Positions 25,411 to 40,100 of a stretch of DNA of 64,000 nucleotides are shown here, piece by piece. A program made the position numbers and the translations under genes. Each line of letters opens with the position of its first letter. Positions within the stretch are counted from its first letter, which is position 1. The DNA comes from Takakia lepidozioides (Eukaryota > Plantae > Bryophyta), in contig CM060732.1 of assembly GCA_030704615.1 (NCBI GenBank), forward strand, positions 81,096,001 to 81,160,000, written 5' to 3'. The notes below the pieces were generated by a model, which did not search any database, was not told where the DNA came from, and saw only the letters and a list, made by a program, of their open reading frames with translations.

Positions 25411-25900
25411 CTACACTTCTCTAGCCTTGGTCAGCTTCAGAGTTGAAGCATTGTAGTCACCCTCGAGGACTACGCTGGTTCTCTCCAACCAATCACTACC
25501 AATGAACTTGACATATGCAAAATGCGAATGAGACACAGACACAAAAATGTCTTGTTCATGCACAGAAAGCTTTATGCTGAGACCAAACTGCTGAATCCCT
25601 AGTGCTTCCAGAGTTTTCATTGACCCATACGTGTATGGGAAACTGGCTTCCACAATACAAAATACATTCACCCACCGCTTCTTGCCCCTACCGAAGTCAA
25701 AATTTACGATGGGCCAATGATATGGACCATACAACACTCCCTGTACTGGCCAAACGACATCGCGCTCCCTTGCTGTACCCAAAAATGGGATCTTAAAATG
25801 CAATCTTGGTAGCCAAAATCTCCTCCTTTAAATCTCCCAATAGGAAGTCCTGCATGTCCTGCATGTCCTTTAGGGTCGACATAATCTACCTGTCCATCCC
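25411..25900 (-). pseudogene. Degenerate retropepsin-like (clan AA fold) protein
   Basis: NVFCIVEASFPYTY resembles a decayed V-D-T-G-S-P-Y-T motif, followed by SHFAYVKFIGSDWL..VLEGDY. Upstream DYVDP/DFLLGDL lies in other frames. Confidence 0.45.
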
Positions 25901-26513
25901 TCAACCTACATCAGAAATCACAACATTATAATATTCCGCAGTTTCAGTTGAAGCCACGGAGTAACAAAACAAAACAAAAACAAAACACCGTTGAATACAA
26001 CCACATGAGAGAACGTTGAAGAAATTGAAATTTGCATGAGGACCCATTTAGAAACAACTTCATCCACCCCACCAGCAACACCTGCTTCAGTGGACATCCC
26101 CCATCTCTCCTTCCATAAAATGCAATCCACTCATGTTATTCTCTGGTTATTCTACACCAACAGTCATATACCTCTTGAACGGCTACAAATGCCTTCTCTT
26201 TCTCTACCTCCAATAACCCTAGCAACCCAAAAATCTACCACAACAAAGATGCTTGCTATATTATAGTGTATTTTGCTCCAATGTAGCATGCGTGAGATGT
26301 ACAATATAGATAAAACAATAACGAGAATTGTACATAGAAGCTCTCCACCCAACCATATAAACACGCAGCATGAACAATTGGTATGTGGCTTCACCGCGAG
26401 CTTCTTATATAGTTCTAGCTAGGCTAAACGCAATGTCTAAAGACTTGCCTTTTAGACCTACTTTTACTATATATTTAAGTAGTCCCATAATAGACTAGCT
26501 TTAATTTTAAGAC

Positions 26514-29500
26514 TGTTGGCCAGAAGTAATTAAATATATCTAGAAGACTAAGAGTCTTGAAGGCCAAAGGTTTAGAAGTCTAAGAGACTATCTTGTTTAA
26601 CTCACCTTTGGAAGGTGAATGGCTAGAAGGTGGATGGTCACCATAGTGGAACTGGAAGTGACCAAGTAGGACTTCCTATCTATCTTGTACAAGCTCGGGG
26701 GTGAAGCCACTAGTCTAAGTGTAAGAGTATGAGGAGAGCTTTAGTTTTAGCATTAGTCTAAGACTTTAATTCTTGTTCATGTTCATGTTCTTGCTCAATT
26801 CTAACATGTTTTCAGAGCCATTCTTCTCTAGGTGAGAGTTGGTAGTTGAGATTGAGAGAACTTGATTATGGCTGGAGCGTCGTCTTCTAGCAATCCTCCT
26901 TCTATGTCTATGACGAGTGCATTAGATGTGAGAGTGGAAGATCGATTCAATGGAGCTAACTATCAAACCTGGAAGTTTAGGATGGAGATGGTCCTTCCAG
27001 ACAAAGATCTATGGGGAGTGGTTGATGGATCAGTCCCAAGACCTAACACTATTGTTGGCTAAGCCATATGGGATAGGAAAGATCAGAAAACAGGTGTATG
27101 CGACACAAAAGTTCTATGGTCTGAAGATGACCGAGTCAGATTGAGTTGGACAACACTTGAATTTGTTTTGTGTGTTATGAGATCAACTAGTCTCTGTAGG
27201 AACTAATGTGACTGATGAACGCAGTGATGTTATTGGCAACCTTACCTGAATCCTATGATGGTTTTGTGGTGTCTCTAGTAGGACAAACCAACTGAACTAT
27301 TGATGTTGTCATAGGACTTCTCCTCAAGGAGAAAACAAGAAGAAAATGTCAAGGTACGTCTACAGAGGTAGACAGAGCTTTGTTCACATGTAAGACTGAA
27401 GTAGTCTTGAATAGAAGACTCCCTTCACATATGTCTCAGAAGTCCCAGAGGTTTCAGAAACCTCAATCTAGCTCAAAGATCAAAAAGGCCAAAGTGAGGT
27501 GCTTTTATTGCAAGAAACTTGGTCTCATGATCAAGGATTGTAGAAAACGAATTGCAGATGAGCGCAGCAGAGAGGGTCAGTGGAACATAGCTACTCATCA
27601 AATGAACGTTATTCTATTTGTTGTGTCTCTCTCAGCCACTACTAGACAGAAACATGTGTGGTATGTTGATTCAGGAGCATCTCAACATTTCAGTTCAGAG
27701 AGAGAGCATTTCTTATCCTATAGATCTCTATCACCTACACAATATGTTCTTTTGGGAGATGATAGCAAACATGCCATTAGTGGGGACGGCTCAGTCTCTC
27801 TTATGCTCAATGAAGGGGAAACCATAGAGGTAGAAAATGTCCTACATGTCCATACTTTAACAAAGAACCTGTTGTCTGTAAGACAAATTGTTGCAAATGG
27901 ATACAGAGTGGTATTCCAAGATGAGAGTTGTTCTATCACAGATAGCTCAGGAGCTGTGGTAGCAAGAGCTATTCTTGATAATTGCTTGTATAGATTACAA
28001 CATCATGTCTCTAGTGCTCTTACCACATTTTCACCACAGTTGGGATCTACATCTGTCATGTCAGAAATAGAATTGTGACATAGAAGGTTATGTCATGTGA
28101 GCATTAAGAAGTTGAGACAGATGCAACTCTCAAGCCATCTTGTGGAAGGACTACCATTGAAGGAGATGAGTGATATGCGTCTATGCAAAGGTTGTTTGGA
28201 AGGGAAGCAACATCGAGGTCAATTTCCCAAGGATGGTGGACGAAGAGCCACAAGTATATTGGAGATTGTACATTCTGATGTGTGCGGGCTAATGCAAACC
28301 ACATCACTTGGAAGAGCAAGGTACTTTGTGACATTCATTGATGATTTATCAATGAGGGTTGTGGTGAATTTCCTAAGGCAGAAAAGTCAAGTGCTAGAGA
28401 AATTCAAGGAGTTCAAAGTACTTGCAGAAAAACAAACTAGAAAGCCTCTTAAGATTTTGAGATCTGACAATGGTGGTGAGTACATCTCAAAGGCTTTCAA
28501 TCAGTTTTGTCAAGAGAATGGAATAGCTCGACAGCTTACTGTTCCATATACACCTTAGCAGAATGGTGTAGCTGAGCGGATGAATAGATCACTGCAAAAA
28601 TCTGCAAGGAGTATGTTGAAAGAAGTGAATATTTAAAATTATTTTTGGGCAGAAGCTGTTGGCACTACAACATATCTTCACAACAGAATACCTACCAAAT
28701 CAATATTGGGAAAAACACCAGAAGAGGTATGGAGTGGTCAGAAGCCTAGTGTGGCTTATTGTAGGATTTTTGGATGTCGTACATATGTCCATATTTCTAC
28801 TCAGAAGTGAAGGAAACTTGACTCCAAATCAGAAGGATGCATTTTCATTGGTTACACAGAAGGTGTGAAGGGAAATAAGTTGTTCAATAAGACAACTAAG
28901 GTTGTCAAACACAGCAGGGACGTAATGTTTGATGAAGGCTTCATACCCTCTTTGGTAGTGGGAGAAGATGACATGGGAATGAGCTTAGAGCCATTACACC
29001 ATTTCCAAGAGGAGTTTTATGAGGAGCCAATACAAGAGATGGCCGAAGCACATGATGGAGGTGTTCAACTTGATGGAGTTGATCAAGGAGTCAAAGTTGG
29101 TGAACCACTTGTTGATATGGACTCTAGAGATGAAGTTGAAGATGTGTCAATTCTAAGGAGATCTCAACGGGAAAGAAAAGCTCCTAGTAGGCTGATTACA
29201 TCTATGAGTGCCATTGAAGCTATGGAAGAAGCATCACAAGTGGTTGAACCTGCTACATATGAGGAAGCGATGCGCTCTCCAGACAAACTACAATGAGAAG
29301 AAGCAATCAACTCAGAGTTGGATTCATTGATGCAAAACAAAGCATGGACACTCACTAGGTTGTCTGCAGGACGAAGAGCCATTGGTTGTAAGTGGATCTT
29401 CAAGTTGAAGTACAAAGCTGATGGATCTATTTACCGGTACAAAGCTCGTCTTGTAGCTAAAGGCTATGCACAAGTTCAAGGAGTGGATTACTATGAAACC

Positions 29501-31125
29501 TTCTTACCAGTGGTGAAGATTTATTCTATCAAAGTGCTGTTAGCTTTTGCAGCTCAACATGATCACGAAGTTCATCAAATGGATGTTAAGACGACATTTC
29601 TGAATGGAGAACTACAAGAAGATATATACATGAGACAACCTGAAGGGTTTGTACAAGGAGGAAGTGATATTGTATGTAAGCTGCAAAAGAGTTTGTATGG
29701 ACTCAAACAAAGTCCTCGAGCTTGGTATGGATCAATGTTTACCTCGTAAAGGCAAGATTTGAGCGAAGCATTGCTGACACAAATATCTATGTAAAAAAGA
29801 TGGGAGAACAATTTGTGGTCATAGCTCTATATGTGGATGACACAATCATTGTCAAAGGTTGTTGCCAGAAACCAAAGCACTGTTGACTGCTGAGTTTGCC
29901 ATGACTGACATGGGTGAGATTTGGTTCTATCGTGGTATTCAAATCAGCAGAGATCGAGTGAACCATACACAACAACAATACATTGAGACCATTCTACAAA
30001 GGTTTAAGTTGAAGATGAGTAAGCCAACATCAACTCATCTTGAAGTTGGTTTGAAACTTACGAAGGATATGACACCTAAGATTCAAGAAGAGCAATAGGA
30101 TATGAGGAAAACTCATTAAAGTGTAGTCGGCAGTTTGATGTATTGCATGGTTTGTACTAGGCCAGACATTGCACATTCAGTTGGAGTGGTCTCACAATTT
30201 CTTTCAAATCCCGGACAAACCCATTGGAAAGCAGTGAAGAGGATATTTCGATATCTAAGAGGAACATCAACCTTTGGTCTACTCTACAAGAGAGTAGAAG
30301 ATCCAAGCTTGTTGGGGTTTGTTGATGCTGACTGGGCAGGAGACGTTGATAGTAGAAAATCAACTTCAGGCCATTGTTTTCTTCTAGCAGGTGGAGCTGT
30401 ATCTTGGTCTAGGAAACGACAAGTTGCAACAGCGTTGTTATCAACAGAAGCTGAGTACATGTCCATTACACAAGCAGCAAATGAGGCTATTTGGTTATGG
30501 AAGTTGCTTGGAGATTTGGGTCATCTCCAATTACTACCTACGACTCTCTATTGTGACAATCAAAATGCGATTGCACTAAGTCAGAATCCAAAGTATCATT
30601 CAAGGACGAAACACATTGAAGTGCAACATCACTACATATGAGAAGCTGTATGCAAGGGAGAGATCAAGGTGATCTATTGTGCTACAAGAGATATGGTTGC
30701 GGATGTTTTGACGAAGAATCTATCACAAACAAAACACATGAAGTGTTCAGCCTTACTTGATGTCTCTTCTCCAAAGACAAATGAAGTAGCTCAATGATAT
30801 GGTTTAATTGAGTGGGAGTGTTGGAAGTAATTAAACATATCTAGAAGACTAAGAGTCTTGAAGGCCAAAGGTTTAGAAGTCTAAGAGACTATCTTGTTTA
30901 ACTCACCTTTGGAAGGTGAATGGCTAGAAGGTGGATGGTTACTATAGTGGAAGTAGAAGTGATCAAATATGACTTCCTAGAGATCTTTTTGTACAAGCTC
31001 GGGGGAGAAGCCACTAGTCTAAGTGTAAGAATATGATGGTGGCTTCTATGGTTGGGAGGAGAGCTTTAGTTTTAGCTTTAGTCTAAGACTTTAGTTCTTG
31101 TTCATGTTCTTGCTCAATTCTAACA
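26514..31125 (+). mobile_element. Full-length degenerate Ty1/copia LTR retrotransposon
   Basis: LTRs 26514-26806 and 30819-31125 (TG...CA), 5-bp TSD AAGAC on both sides, degenerate iMet PBS (TGTTTTCAGAGCC), PPT at 30810-30818. Gag knuckle, protease (WYVDSGAS), integrase (RSDNGGEY), RT (YVDD) and RNase H (DADWAG) in copia order, with many stops. Confidence 0.97.
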
Positions 31126-31570
31126 AAGACGAGGCCTCTCTAAACAGAGACTTACTTTTCGAGTATCTACCGTTGAATATGGAGCTGTTTTTCAACACGA
31201 AGAACAGTGAGCAAATACGCCTCCCAGAAAAACCAACGAACTACTCGTACCAACCGATTTCCGGCGGAGATGTACAGAAATTCAAGTGTCGATTCGCAGA
31301 TGCAACTAACAAAGACTGAAGTGTGGATTCTACAGTCACTTCGTGCGGCAGCTCCAAATCTCGAGAGCTCAGTGGTACATCCTCATTGGTAAGTCCAAAC
31401 AGACGAGAATTCAAATTTGACAGTTTCACATATTGCACTGTATGCGTAACTGGGGTTAGCTTCACTGTACACACAGTACCACTTGCCCAAACATTTTGGA
31501 TATGGAATAAGGAGTACTGTTCATCTGGAGTAACCAAAAATGTATCAAAAATAGAAAACAAAGACCAAAA

Positions 31571-31768
31571 CTAGATTCTGTCAGCAATTTGGCTCAGCGC
31601 ATCAGCTAGTTTCTGAAGCATTCCAACCAGGCTGTCTGCCTGCTTCTTGCGTTGGGCACGGTCAAGTTGTGCCTTGTGATTGTAAGCATCAGTTTGCACC
31701 TGCATATTGTGAGCGAGTGCAGCCTGCATTACCTTGCCACTGCTCTCCACGGCCAGCACCACCTGCTC
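31571..31768 (-). pseudogene. Orphan terminal exon resembling the C-terminus of ASR3/SH4-clade trihelix factors
   Basis: QLDRAQRKKQADSLVGMLQKLADALSQIADRI* preceded by a pyrimidine tract and AG. No upstream exons were identified. Confidence 0.6.
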
Positions 31769-33217
31769 CTTGTACAGAAAAAACAGTGAGAAGAGAAGAA
31801 AACAACCTAGCCATGAGGCCCCATACACAAAATTTATGGGACACAAAGGGGCCTCGGGAGAAGCTAGCAGGAATGGAACCCAAATTCATCTGGACCATAC
31901 TTAGTGCACTATCCATCTGAGCTACTGCAACCTCTAGAAAAAAATTGTTTTACACTTTCGTACTTGGAAGAATACCAGATACTATTATCTGGCACATACA
32001 AGTTCTCTTAGGTTATTTGATGATTAGTAAATTAATCTTATAGATTATATTTAAAATAATAATAATTATAGTTATTAGATTACTTCAGACCAACTTGCCC
32101 AATGGTCCTAACTTTATATCATGGGATGTTCCTTGAAACTGGTTGGGAACATGTAGTTGTTTTTAGGGAAATTACTTGATTAATAATATATATTATTATA
32201 CAAATAATAATGATAAGAATATCATTTAATGAATATTACATCAATAATAGAATGTCAGTGGTCCGTATTGAGGCATACTAGCCGCTTGTTTTCTTTATCA
32301 TCTCTTTATTTTGCTTAACTACTCAATCCGGGCCGTTGATCTGAAAAAGAACAAATTTCTCTGCTCCTTACACAGGGAGGTTATTTTTTTCGGGACTTGT
32401 TCCAAGATACGACCTTCAACTCGAGCTCCGCCCCTGTTACAAGGCTCGAGCACCGCATTGCGTCTGAATTTTGTGTGGTATGGAATCAGTATATCATTAG
32501 CCTGGTTTTGGGATACTGGATGTATCCCTAGTCATCCCACAGAAACTGCTCTTCCGCTCCACTCCTCTTCCTTGAATAGAAAGCGCTGTCACATCTTTTT
32601 GCCGTGAGAAAAGATCTTAGAGGTAAAGATAAAGAAATATCGCAGGTGTGCATTTACACACTCGTGTAATGCATTGGTACTCGTGTGGCGGGCTCTTACG
32701 CTGGATAACGCGCAGAAATTTACAAAGAGAAATCAGCCCTAGTTCTTTACGGCTCTCTGGGTCATCCGTCACGAGTTTAGGCCTTATGGCAGCCTTCGGG
32801 CCTACAAGGGTATTAATTTTTTTCCCTTCAATAATTTTTAATAAAATTCTCAAGGGCTACCTCCCGTTTTAATTTTAAAAAACAAATGTCAGTCTCGTCT
32901 TGTTGGACCTCACATTTGTGATGAAAAGGGCCTGTCCCCATTCTCTTAAGAAAAAAAAAATTTGTAATTTTGTGTTACCTCACATTTGTAAGTTTGTGTT
33001 TTGGTAGGTAAGTTAGACTTGCTGCCTTTCCTTCAATGTTTCCTCTTTCCTTTGTTCTTTTTTCTCGGTGTGGAATTGTACGAAAGCGTTCAGCCGCAGT
33101 ACAAGGTTAAATTTTCGAATTAAGTTGGGCTGTCTGTGGGGATAAGCTTAGTTGTTGGCAAGGCGCTGCAGTAAGGTGCGTGATGTGGGTGAACGTCTAC
33201 TACTCTCTGCGTCACAC

Positions 33218-33317
33218 CAGTTCCACGTAGGCAGCGCGGCGCGTCGGGGCAGTGCCAGGTGAGCGGGTGCATGCAGCAGGGAGGAGGGTGGGCAGGCTGC
33301 AGCCGATATATGAAACG
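33218..33317 (+). promoter_or_regulatory. Cupin copy B proximal promoter (identical to copy A)
   Basis: Same ACGT/CE3-like/RY/TATA block as 21556-21655. Confidence 0.65.
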
Positions 33318-33438
33318 GCCCACCGTCGCTGCTCTCCATCACCTTCCCTTCCGACTCCTCTCTTCGCCTGCTCTGTGTGCTTCTCTCTCTTTTCCTGATC
33401 AAGATCCACTTCAGGAGTGCTGTTGTAATCTTGGAGAT

Positions 33439-36079
33439 ATGGGGAGTCCTGGTGTCCAATGGACGGTGGTGTCCTTGCTTGCGTTGTTGCTGGTGACTGT
33501 GTCTGCTAATGAGGAGTTGAAGCCCGAGGGTCCACGGGAGGTGATTTTTTGGCCTGCATTCTGATTGTAATAGTTTGTTTGTCGGAAATATGTGGTTCGT
33601 ATTGCAGTCTGTCAGCTGGGACACTGAACATCGACGTCAGTCCGGAGACCAACCTTTCGCGGGCTGTCTGAAATTGGAAATTTCGCCTCAACTATATAGC
33701 AACGTTGAGTATAAAGGATCCAGGATTGTAAGGGAGCAAGATCTTCGAGAAATTTAGTGTTTTTCCATGTTCACTGATGGTCGTGAGTTTTGGTATATGG
33801 CAGGAATTCAAGTCGGAGGGTGGAATGCTGGAGGTGTGGAGCCATGACTTCGAAGTGTTCAAGGATGCCAACGTGGGTGCTGCTCGTATAACTCTAAAGC
33901 AGAATGGGCTGGCTCTCCCCAAGTACGCAGATGCTGCCTCTCTCGCATATGTCCTGCAAGGTGATCTACTTACTTTTATGTACATATAATCAATTTGAAT
34001 TTAATCTTTGTTCATACTTGTAAGGGTTTGAACCTTTTCCGAACCCAGGCCCCTCTTTGTCAGCAGTACTGTGTGTCGATTGTCTTGTTCATTTAGCGGC
34101 ATCCCACTTGACTCGGGTGACATTGAGTTCGAGAACATTTGCAGCGTGCATCGCCAGCGCTTAATGCCCCTGAATTGCGCTGATCATTTTCACAGTCTAT
34201 TCAGCAGCGATTGCTGATCTAGTCAACGCTCTGATTGAATGTGCAGGAGTATCTGGTTACTCTGAATGTGTGCGATCAATATTGAATAACTTTGAATCTG
34301 TACATGTGCAGGGTCAGCAAGACTCGGCCTCGTGCTGCCATGGGGCGAGTCACAGCCCGTGCGAAGAGTGAAAAGAGGGGATGTGATCGCTATCCCTCGC
34401 GGCGTGCCAACGTGGTGGTACAATGATGGAAACGAAGATTTCCGCGCTTTTGCCGTGGCTGACACCTCGGAAGGAATTGAACCAGGACAGTACAATGTAA
34501 GTATATATATTGAAATAATCCGATTGATAGAACGTTGAGCACTGAATGTTCTAGACCAGCTGATCATGTTCTTATATTGTATAGTTCACAAAATGTGATG
34601 ACTAGTTCTAAGTAGAGGAGTCCAAATAATGTGCACCAGTTGAGAATCTCCCAGTCAGAGGTTTCTTGCGATTTCTGCACACCCAGAAACGAGTGCAGTA
34701 GAACTCTGAAGACCCTATTTGAGAGTTGAGAGTTTGAGAGTTGCACAATATTTCCTTACTGATCTGTGGTGTTGCATCTTCCTCTCAGAGCTTCTTTCTA
34801 GCCGGAGCCAAGGAAAAGCGCGTTGGTGGCATTCTTCACGCGTTCAGCAGGGATTTGCTGGCAGAGGCATGGGATGTCAAGGAAGACGTCGTAAAACGAT
34901 TGTTGGAGGGGCAGAGGGGAAGCGCCATTATTAAAGTGAAAGAGCATTCCAGCATACCCGAGGTTAACACCGAGACTGACGCTGAGAACGGCTACTTTGG
35001 AGATTTCAGATACAATGTGGACGAAACTGATCCCGACGTCCAAGTCCCCAATGGTGGTGAAGTGAGCATTGTGAACCGCTTCAAAATGCCAATTTTGAAG
35101 CACGTTCGTCTTGGTGCTGCACGTGTGCGACTGTCTCGGGTTAGACTGTCCTTCCTCTCCCTCTCTCTCTCTCTCTCTCTCTGTGTCTCTCTCTCAGAGA
35201 ATCGGAGGACCTTCAAGACTTAGTTGAATTCTAGAGTAAAACTGGTTCTCCCAGGCGGTCTTTGTTACATCTTTTCCGATCATCATTAGCATAACTCAAT
35301 TCCAATGGTGATATGTTTTGTTAGTAGTCAGGCGTTCTGAGACTCTTGCATCGACTGAAATCTGCATTTGATCACTAGAATATCTTGCCTGACACTGAAA
35401 TTCGATCTTGTTTGTATGCAGGATGCGATCTTTGCACCGTCATATTCCCTCAATGCTCACAAGGTTATGTACATCACCAAAGGAAGCGGTCGTGTTCAGG
35501 TTGGGAGGAATGATGGGGAGCAGGCCTTTGATGGCGATGTGAAGGAGGGTGACTTGCTAGTTATCCCAAAATTCTTCCCCAGCATTAAGAAAGCCAGCGG
35601 TGATGGGTTTGAGTGGATCTTGATTCTGACCAACGACTGGTATGTGCTCGTCTCCTCTAATATTCCTTTTCAGATTGAATCAATTGTTTCCGCAGAGCTT
35701 TAGTGTCGGCACAACTCGAATTGAACTCCCCTTTGAAAGCTTGTCCAGATCAGCTGGATATTGTGACAGTTATATGTGTGGCACATGATAGTTTCCACCG
35801 GACTTAGCATGATTCTGACATGGTTCTCTGCTGTGTAACAGTCCCATCAGCGCGTTTCTGGCGGGCCGAAACTCGATCTTTAAGGGCATGCCTGTCCCAG
35901 TCCTGGCGGCAGCTTTCAACATTGATGAAGACCTGGAGCGCCACATCCGTGAACGCCGCCGTGAGCAAGCTGTCATCATGCCTCCCCGAGGAAAGGGTGT
36001 TGGATCATCCTCCCACAATTTTGAGCAAATGTTTTTTGGATATCTGGAAGAAACTGGAAAGTTGCTGCAGAAGCAGTAG
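33439..36079 (+). CDS. Secreted legumin/11S-globulin-like bicupin, copy B (tandem duplicate)
   Basis: Same six-exon structure as copy A and a near-identical protein. Confidence 0.9.
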
Positions 36080-37136
36080 GAGGCTTGTGCGACTTTGGAT
36101 TGCAACTGGGTCGGTCAATCTCAATTCAGAGTTCATCATCTGATCTAAGTTACCGTCCCCAAGTAGATAGTTGCATGCGGTCAGCCTTATATACTTCCTT
36201 GAGTTTAGTCTTAGAAGTACGTAGTGCGTTTTAGAGTTGAGTTTTGCTAGCAATGACAAGCATTGTAAGGCAAGGAAAGGATAGCCTTGCAGCTGCGGCT
36301 CCTACCCTGTGTGAAGGAAATAAAACAGCATCCTTCTTTGAAAGGATTGGCAATGATACTTCTCTCATGGATCTTTTGTTTTCTTCCTTGGATGCAACCA
36401 CAAATGAGCTGGCCTACTTGGACTCTTTATTATCCCCCATGACGTGCCTACTAGATGAGATTCCTGGTCTGAGTCAGTGGGAAAGTCATCGTTGTTTTTA
36501 TCTGAAAGATCACGTACGCCAGTGAAGCATTGTTGTCTCTTTCTCGGGCCAACAAGCCTGGAAGGACAGGCAAGTATATCGGTTTTTCTATCGATCTCGG
36601 CTGTGTATCTGCAATTTAAAGCTCTTTGTGGTGTTGGAGCGTGTTCGCAGACTTGGGTGCCCTCGCCTTTTCCTGAGCGCACTGTTTTCCTGGTTTTTTT
36701 GCATGACTTCCGAAGAAGAGGAAGAGGAATGCCGATCGGACGGAATATCGATCGGTTCTGAAATGGGATTTGAATCCATTTAGCTTCAGCTAAGTGCAAC
36801 ACTTCTCTCTGACACAGACTTGGTCAGTTATTTGAGTACAAAGCTGGTTTCACCAGGGAAGTAGACTCTGCAAAGAAAGCTGTTCTGGGGGTGAGACAAA
36901 TCAGCTTGGTTTATGGAGCACTAAGCGGTCGTATGTTGAAGCTGTGCATTCCGGGATAGCATCTGTCAAGAAAGAGTACAAGTGAAATATTTGATCGTTC
37001 ATAAAAGCCGAGCACTGTGAATTAGGGTTTTAGTGTAATAATCCTGCCACGGCAATTGAAAAGCTCTTGGATTGGGATTGCTGGGTTGAGGCTACTTCTT
37101 GACTACATCGAAGAGTGGAGAGTGAAGAACGCAACT

Positions 37137-40100
37137 ATGATTTCAGCAGAGCGGGCGGCTAATGCTGCCCTCATAGGTTTCTTTCTTTACTCCCTGTGTC
37201 ATTGTTGCTGTCCTTCAAATGACAGCGAGCCTTTGAACAGATTAGTTTTTTGCAGCGTGATTAAATGGTTCCAAAACCTACTAAATGGGAGGCGCACGAT
37301 GGCATGCGATTCACGGAGCTTATGCCCTCACAAACATTATTACTCTTCAGTACTGCCAGCTTTATGAGGTCCTATTAAGTATTGGACATACATGGGTATA
37401 ATTTGCTCTGGAAGTCTAGGATTAGACTCTTATGTCTCAAGATGCAGTCAGGATCCAAGTTATGTTGGTGAACATCTGCCATGTAATACTCCACTCATTG
37501 ATCAATCTCGTTTACTTCTAGAATTGAAGGCTACACATTCCCACACTGGAACAGCCATAGTGTTGCATAGGAAGCTGCCTTGACTTTATCAGCCCCTGGT
37601 TAATGTTAGAAGGGCTTCAAAGATTATTTGAAGAAATTGATAGCATTCTTGTGCCTGCATGTGTATCACATGAGAAACTGACAGCAACAGGCAGGCAGAT
37701 TTTGCACAATTAGCTCTTATCTCTGCCATCTAATAGGGTTGTAGTGTGGCCAATTTGCTTAGTAATCTACCCCATGTCAGAATTGGGTTAGGATTCTGAC
37801 AATTTCAACCTCAATTGTCAATAGACCAAATGGATTTTCCCCTCTCCCTCCTTCAGAATACTCTCTCTCTCTCTCTCTCTTGATCTGCCCAAACTGGGCA
37901 TGGGGTCACTGGCACAAACAATGTTGTATGAGTACATTCTCTTTCTCTCTCTCTCTCCGGACGTTATAAAGTACCATTTCATTTCATTTCATTTCTCTCT
38001 CTCAACTTAAGGCTATGGCCAACAACTTATGAGGACATCCTCTCAATTAACATTCCTCTTGTTGTGCCCAGCGGGGTCTACAGCTGCAATGCTACGACAA
38101 ACAACGTCTTATGAGTACATTCTTCTCTACTGACATTTGGGCTTGTTGCAGGTTTAACACTTGCACCCCTTGTCATGAAAGTCAATCCAAATTTCAATGT
38201 CGTAGCAACAGCATGCCTTACAGTCTTCATCGGATGCCATCGTTCTGTCAAGCCTGCTCCTCCATCAGTGAGTGCCTAAGCCCTTTCCAGGTCTTAGTAT
38301 AAAGTGCCTGCACCCACAAACATATAGAGAGACAACTGACTAATCTGAACCAACCGAAGAAAGAGGCATTTCCATGAAGTCATTGCATATCTGTGCTATT
38401 TGCACTTTCTTATGGGCCATACTTACGGCGATTGTTTTGTTTTAATTGTTCTGCCTCATCAAATACCCATGTCTAGGAGCCTCTTCCCTGAATATTCAAT
38501 CCTGTAGAAGTCATTGAAGTCAAAAGTTTACTGGCCCACACACGTAGTCACCAGGAATTTGGTCTGGTTTGCACAGGAGACAATGTCAAAGGAGCATGCG
38601 ATGCGGTTCCCATTCATTGGTAGTGCAGTGCTGCTGTCGCTTTTTCTTCTCTTCAAGTTTCTGCCCAAGGATTTGATTAACACTGTGCTGACCCTCTACT
38701 TCTTTGGGCTTGGGGTCTTTGCCGTCTCGTATGTACCTGTTCCTCCCTTCAGCACTCTGACTGTGATTGCAAGAGCATGGTCTCATGAATAGTCCTCTTC
38801 AAATGGCATATTCGCTTGTTGAATTTGCCAGCAGCCATATCTCGCGTTTTGCACTGTGTACTCGGACTGACAAGTAAGGATACAGATTTCCTGCTTCATC
38901 AGTTCCCTGATATAGATTACACCTACTACAAATGCAAAGACTGAAACTTGTTCACATGAAGGGGCTCATCGGTCTGTTAGGTTGCAATCATTTACTTTTG
39001 AAGTCTCTTTTGGTCCGTAGACTGGCAATTGGGGCTTGTCTGTCCTTACCATAATGTGTCAAAGTTACCCTCCAGGTATTTGGTTTGGGTTATGCAGAGC
39101 TACAATTCTCCCAGCACTTAAGCATTTCCTCCCCACTCATTGGAATGAGACCAAAGTTTCATGGCGTCTGCCTTGCTTCAAGAGTATGTATACTGGGGAT
39201 ATCTTGTGAAAATTGATGAACTTTTAGCTGAAGAGATTCTTGCTCTGTCTCACCCTATATCTCTCTCTCAACCAACGCCAACCACCCCCCCCCCAAACTA
39301 CGTAGCAGAGGGTCACTGTTGGATCTAGGCGTTGAGAGTGGTCAGTCAATATGGGAGGTTGACGTGGAAAGTGTGCTTCCAAGGAAGAGAGGTGAGAACT
39401 TGGTAAGGTGCCATAAATTTCTTCCCTCCATTTGGCTCTCTTCTTTTTTGATGCGTTTGCATAGAGGTCTTGGTGTTTTTGTCGTTAATCCCACCGGAAA
39501 TGAGATCACTCAGTGGAGTTACAATCTGGGTGTGGGACTCACCCAGTCATCTCATAGCCACTGACATGTGTTGGTGATATTAGATTCTAAGCCAGCGTTA
39601 ACCATGAAGTTGGCAATGATTGCTGGGTGGAGGTTTCAAGGAACACGTGTTTGTGATTTGATACTAGAATTTTGGCTGCAGCCCCACTGGTATCTCGTGG
39701 GTCTATGGTCGCCAAGCTACTATGCATGGCTAAGCATTTAATGCCTAGCCATGCCACAGTCAATCTTCCATCTGATAGGCTGGAAAACGTCTGATGGCTA
39801 CTTCTCTGCACAGCTTGTTAAGTTGTGACATGATGTAATGTTGCATCTGGGCAATGCAGATATTGAGGTGGAGTTCACAAGGTCACAATTAATTGCAGGC
39901 ATTCCAGGAACACTCTTTTGTATCTGGTATGTCCTGAAGAAGCACTGGTTGGCCAATAACACACTTGGGTTAGCTTTCTCCATCCAGGTCTTGTTCATCC
40001 CTCTTGACCTCCCTTCCCTCCATTTGTTTGCTCTGTCCAGCATAGAACATGGCCAGAAAGCCAAAAGCAAGTATGTTCTTGTGAGCTAATCTCTCTCCTG

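Noticed and set aside
26173-31197. Older minus-strand LTR hosting the copia insertion
   Set aside because: The termini are suggestive (TGTTGAA / TTCAAGA) but the flanks do not form a TSD.
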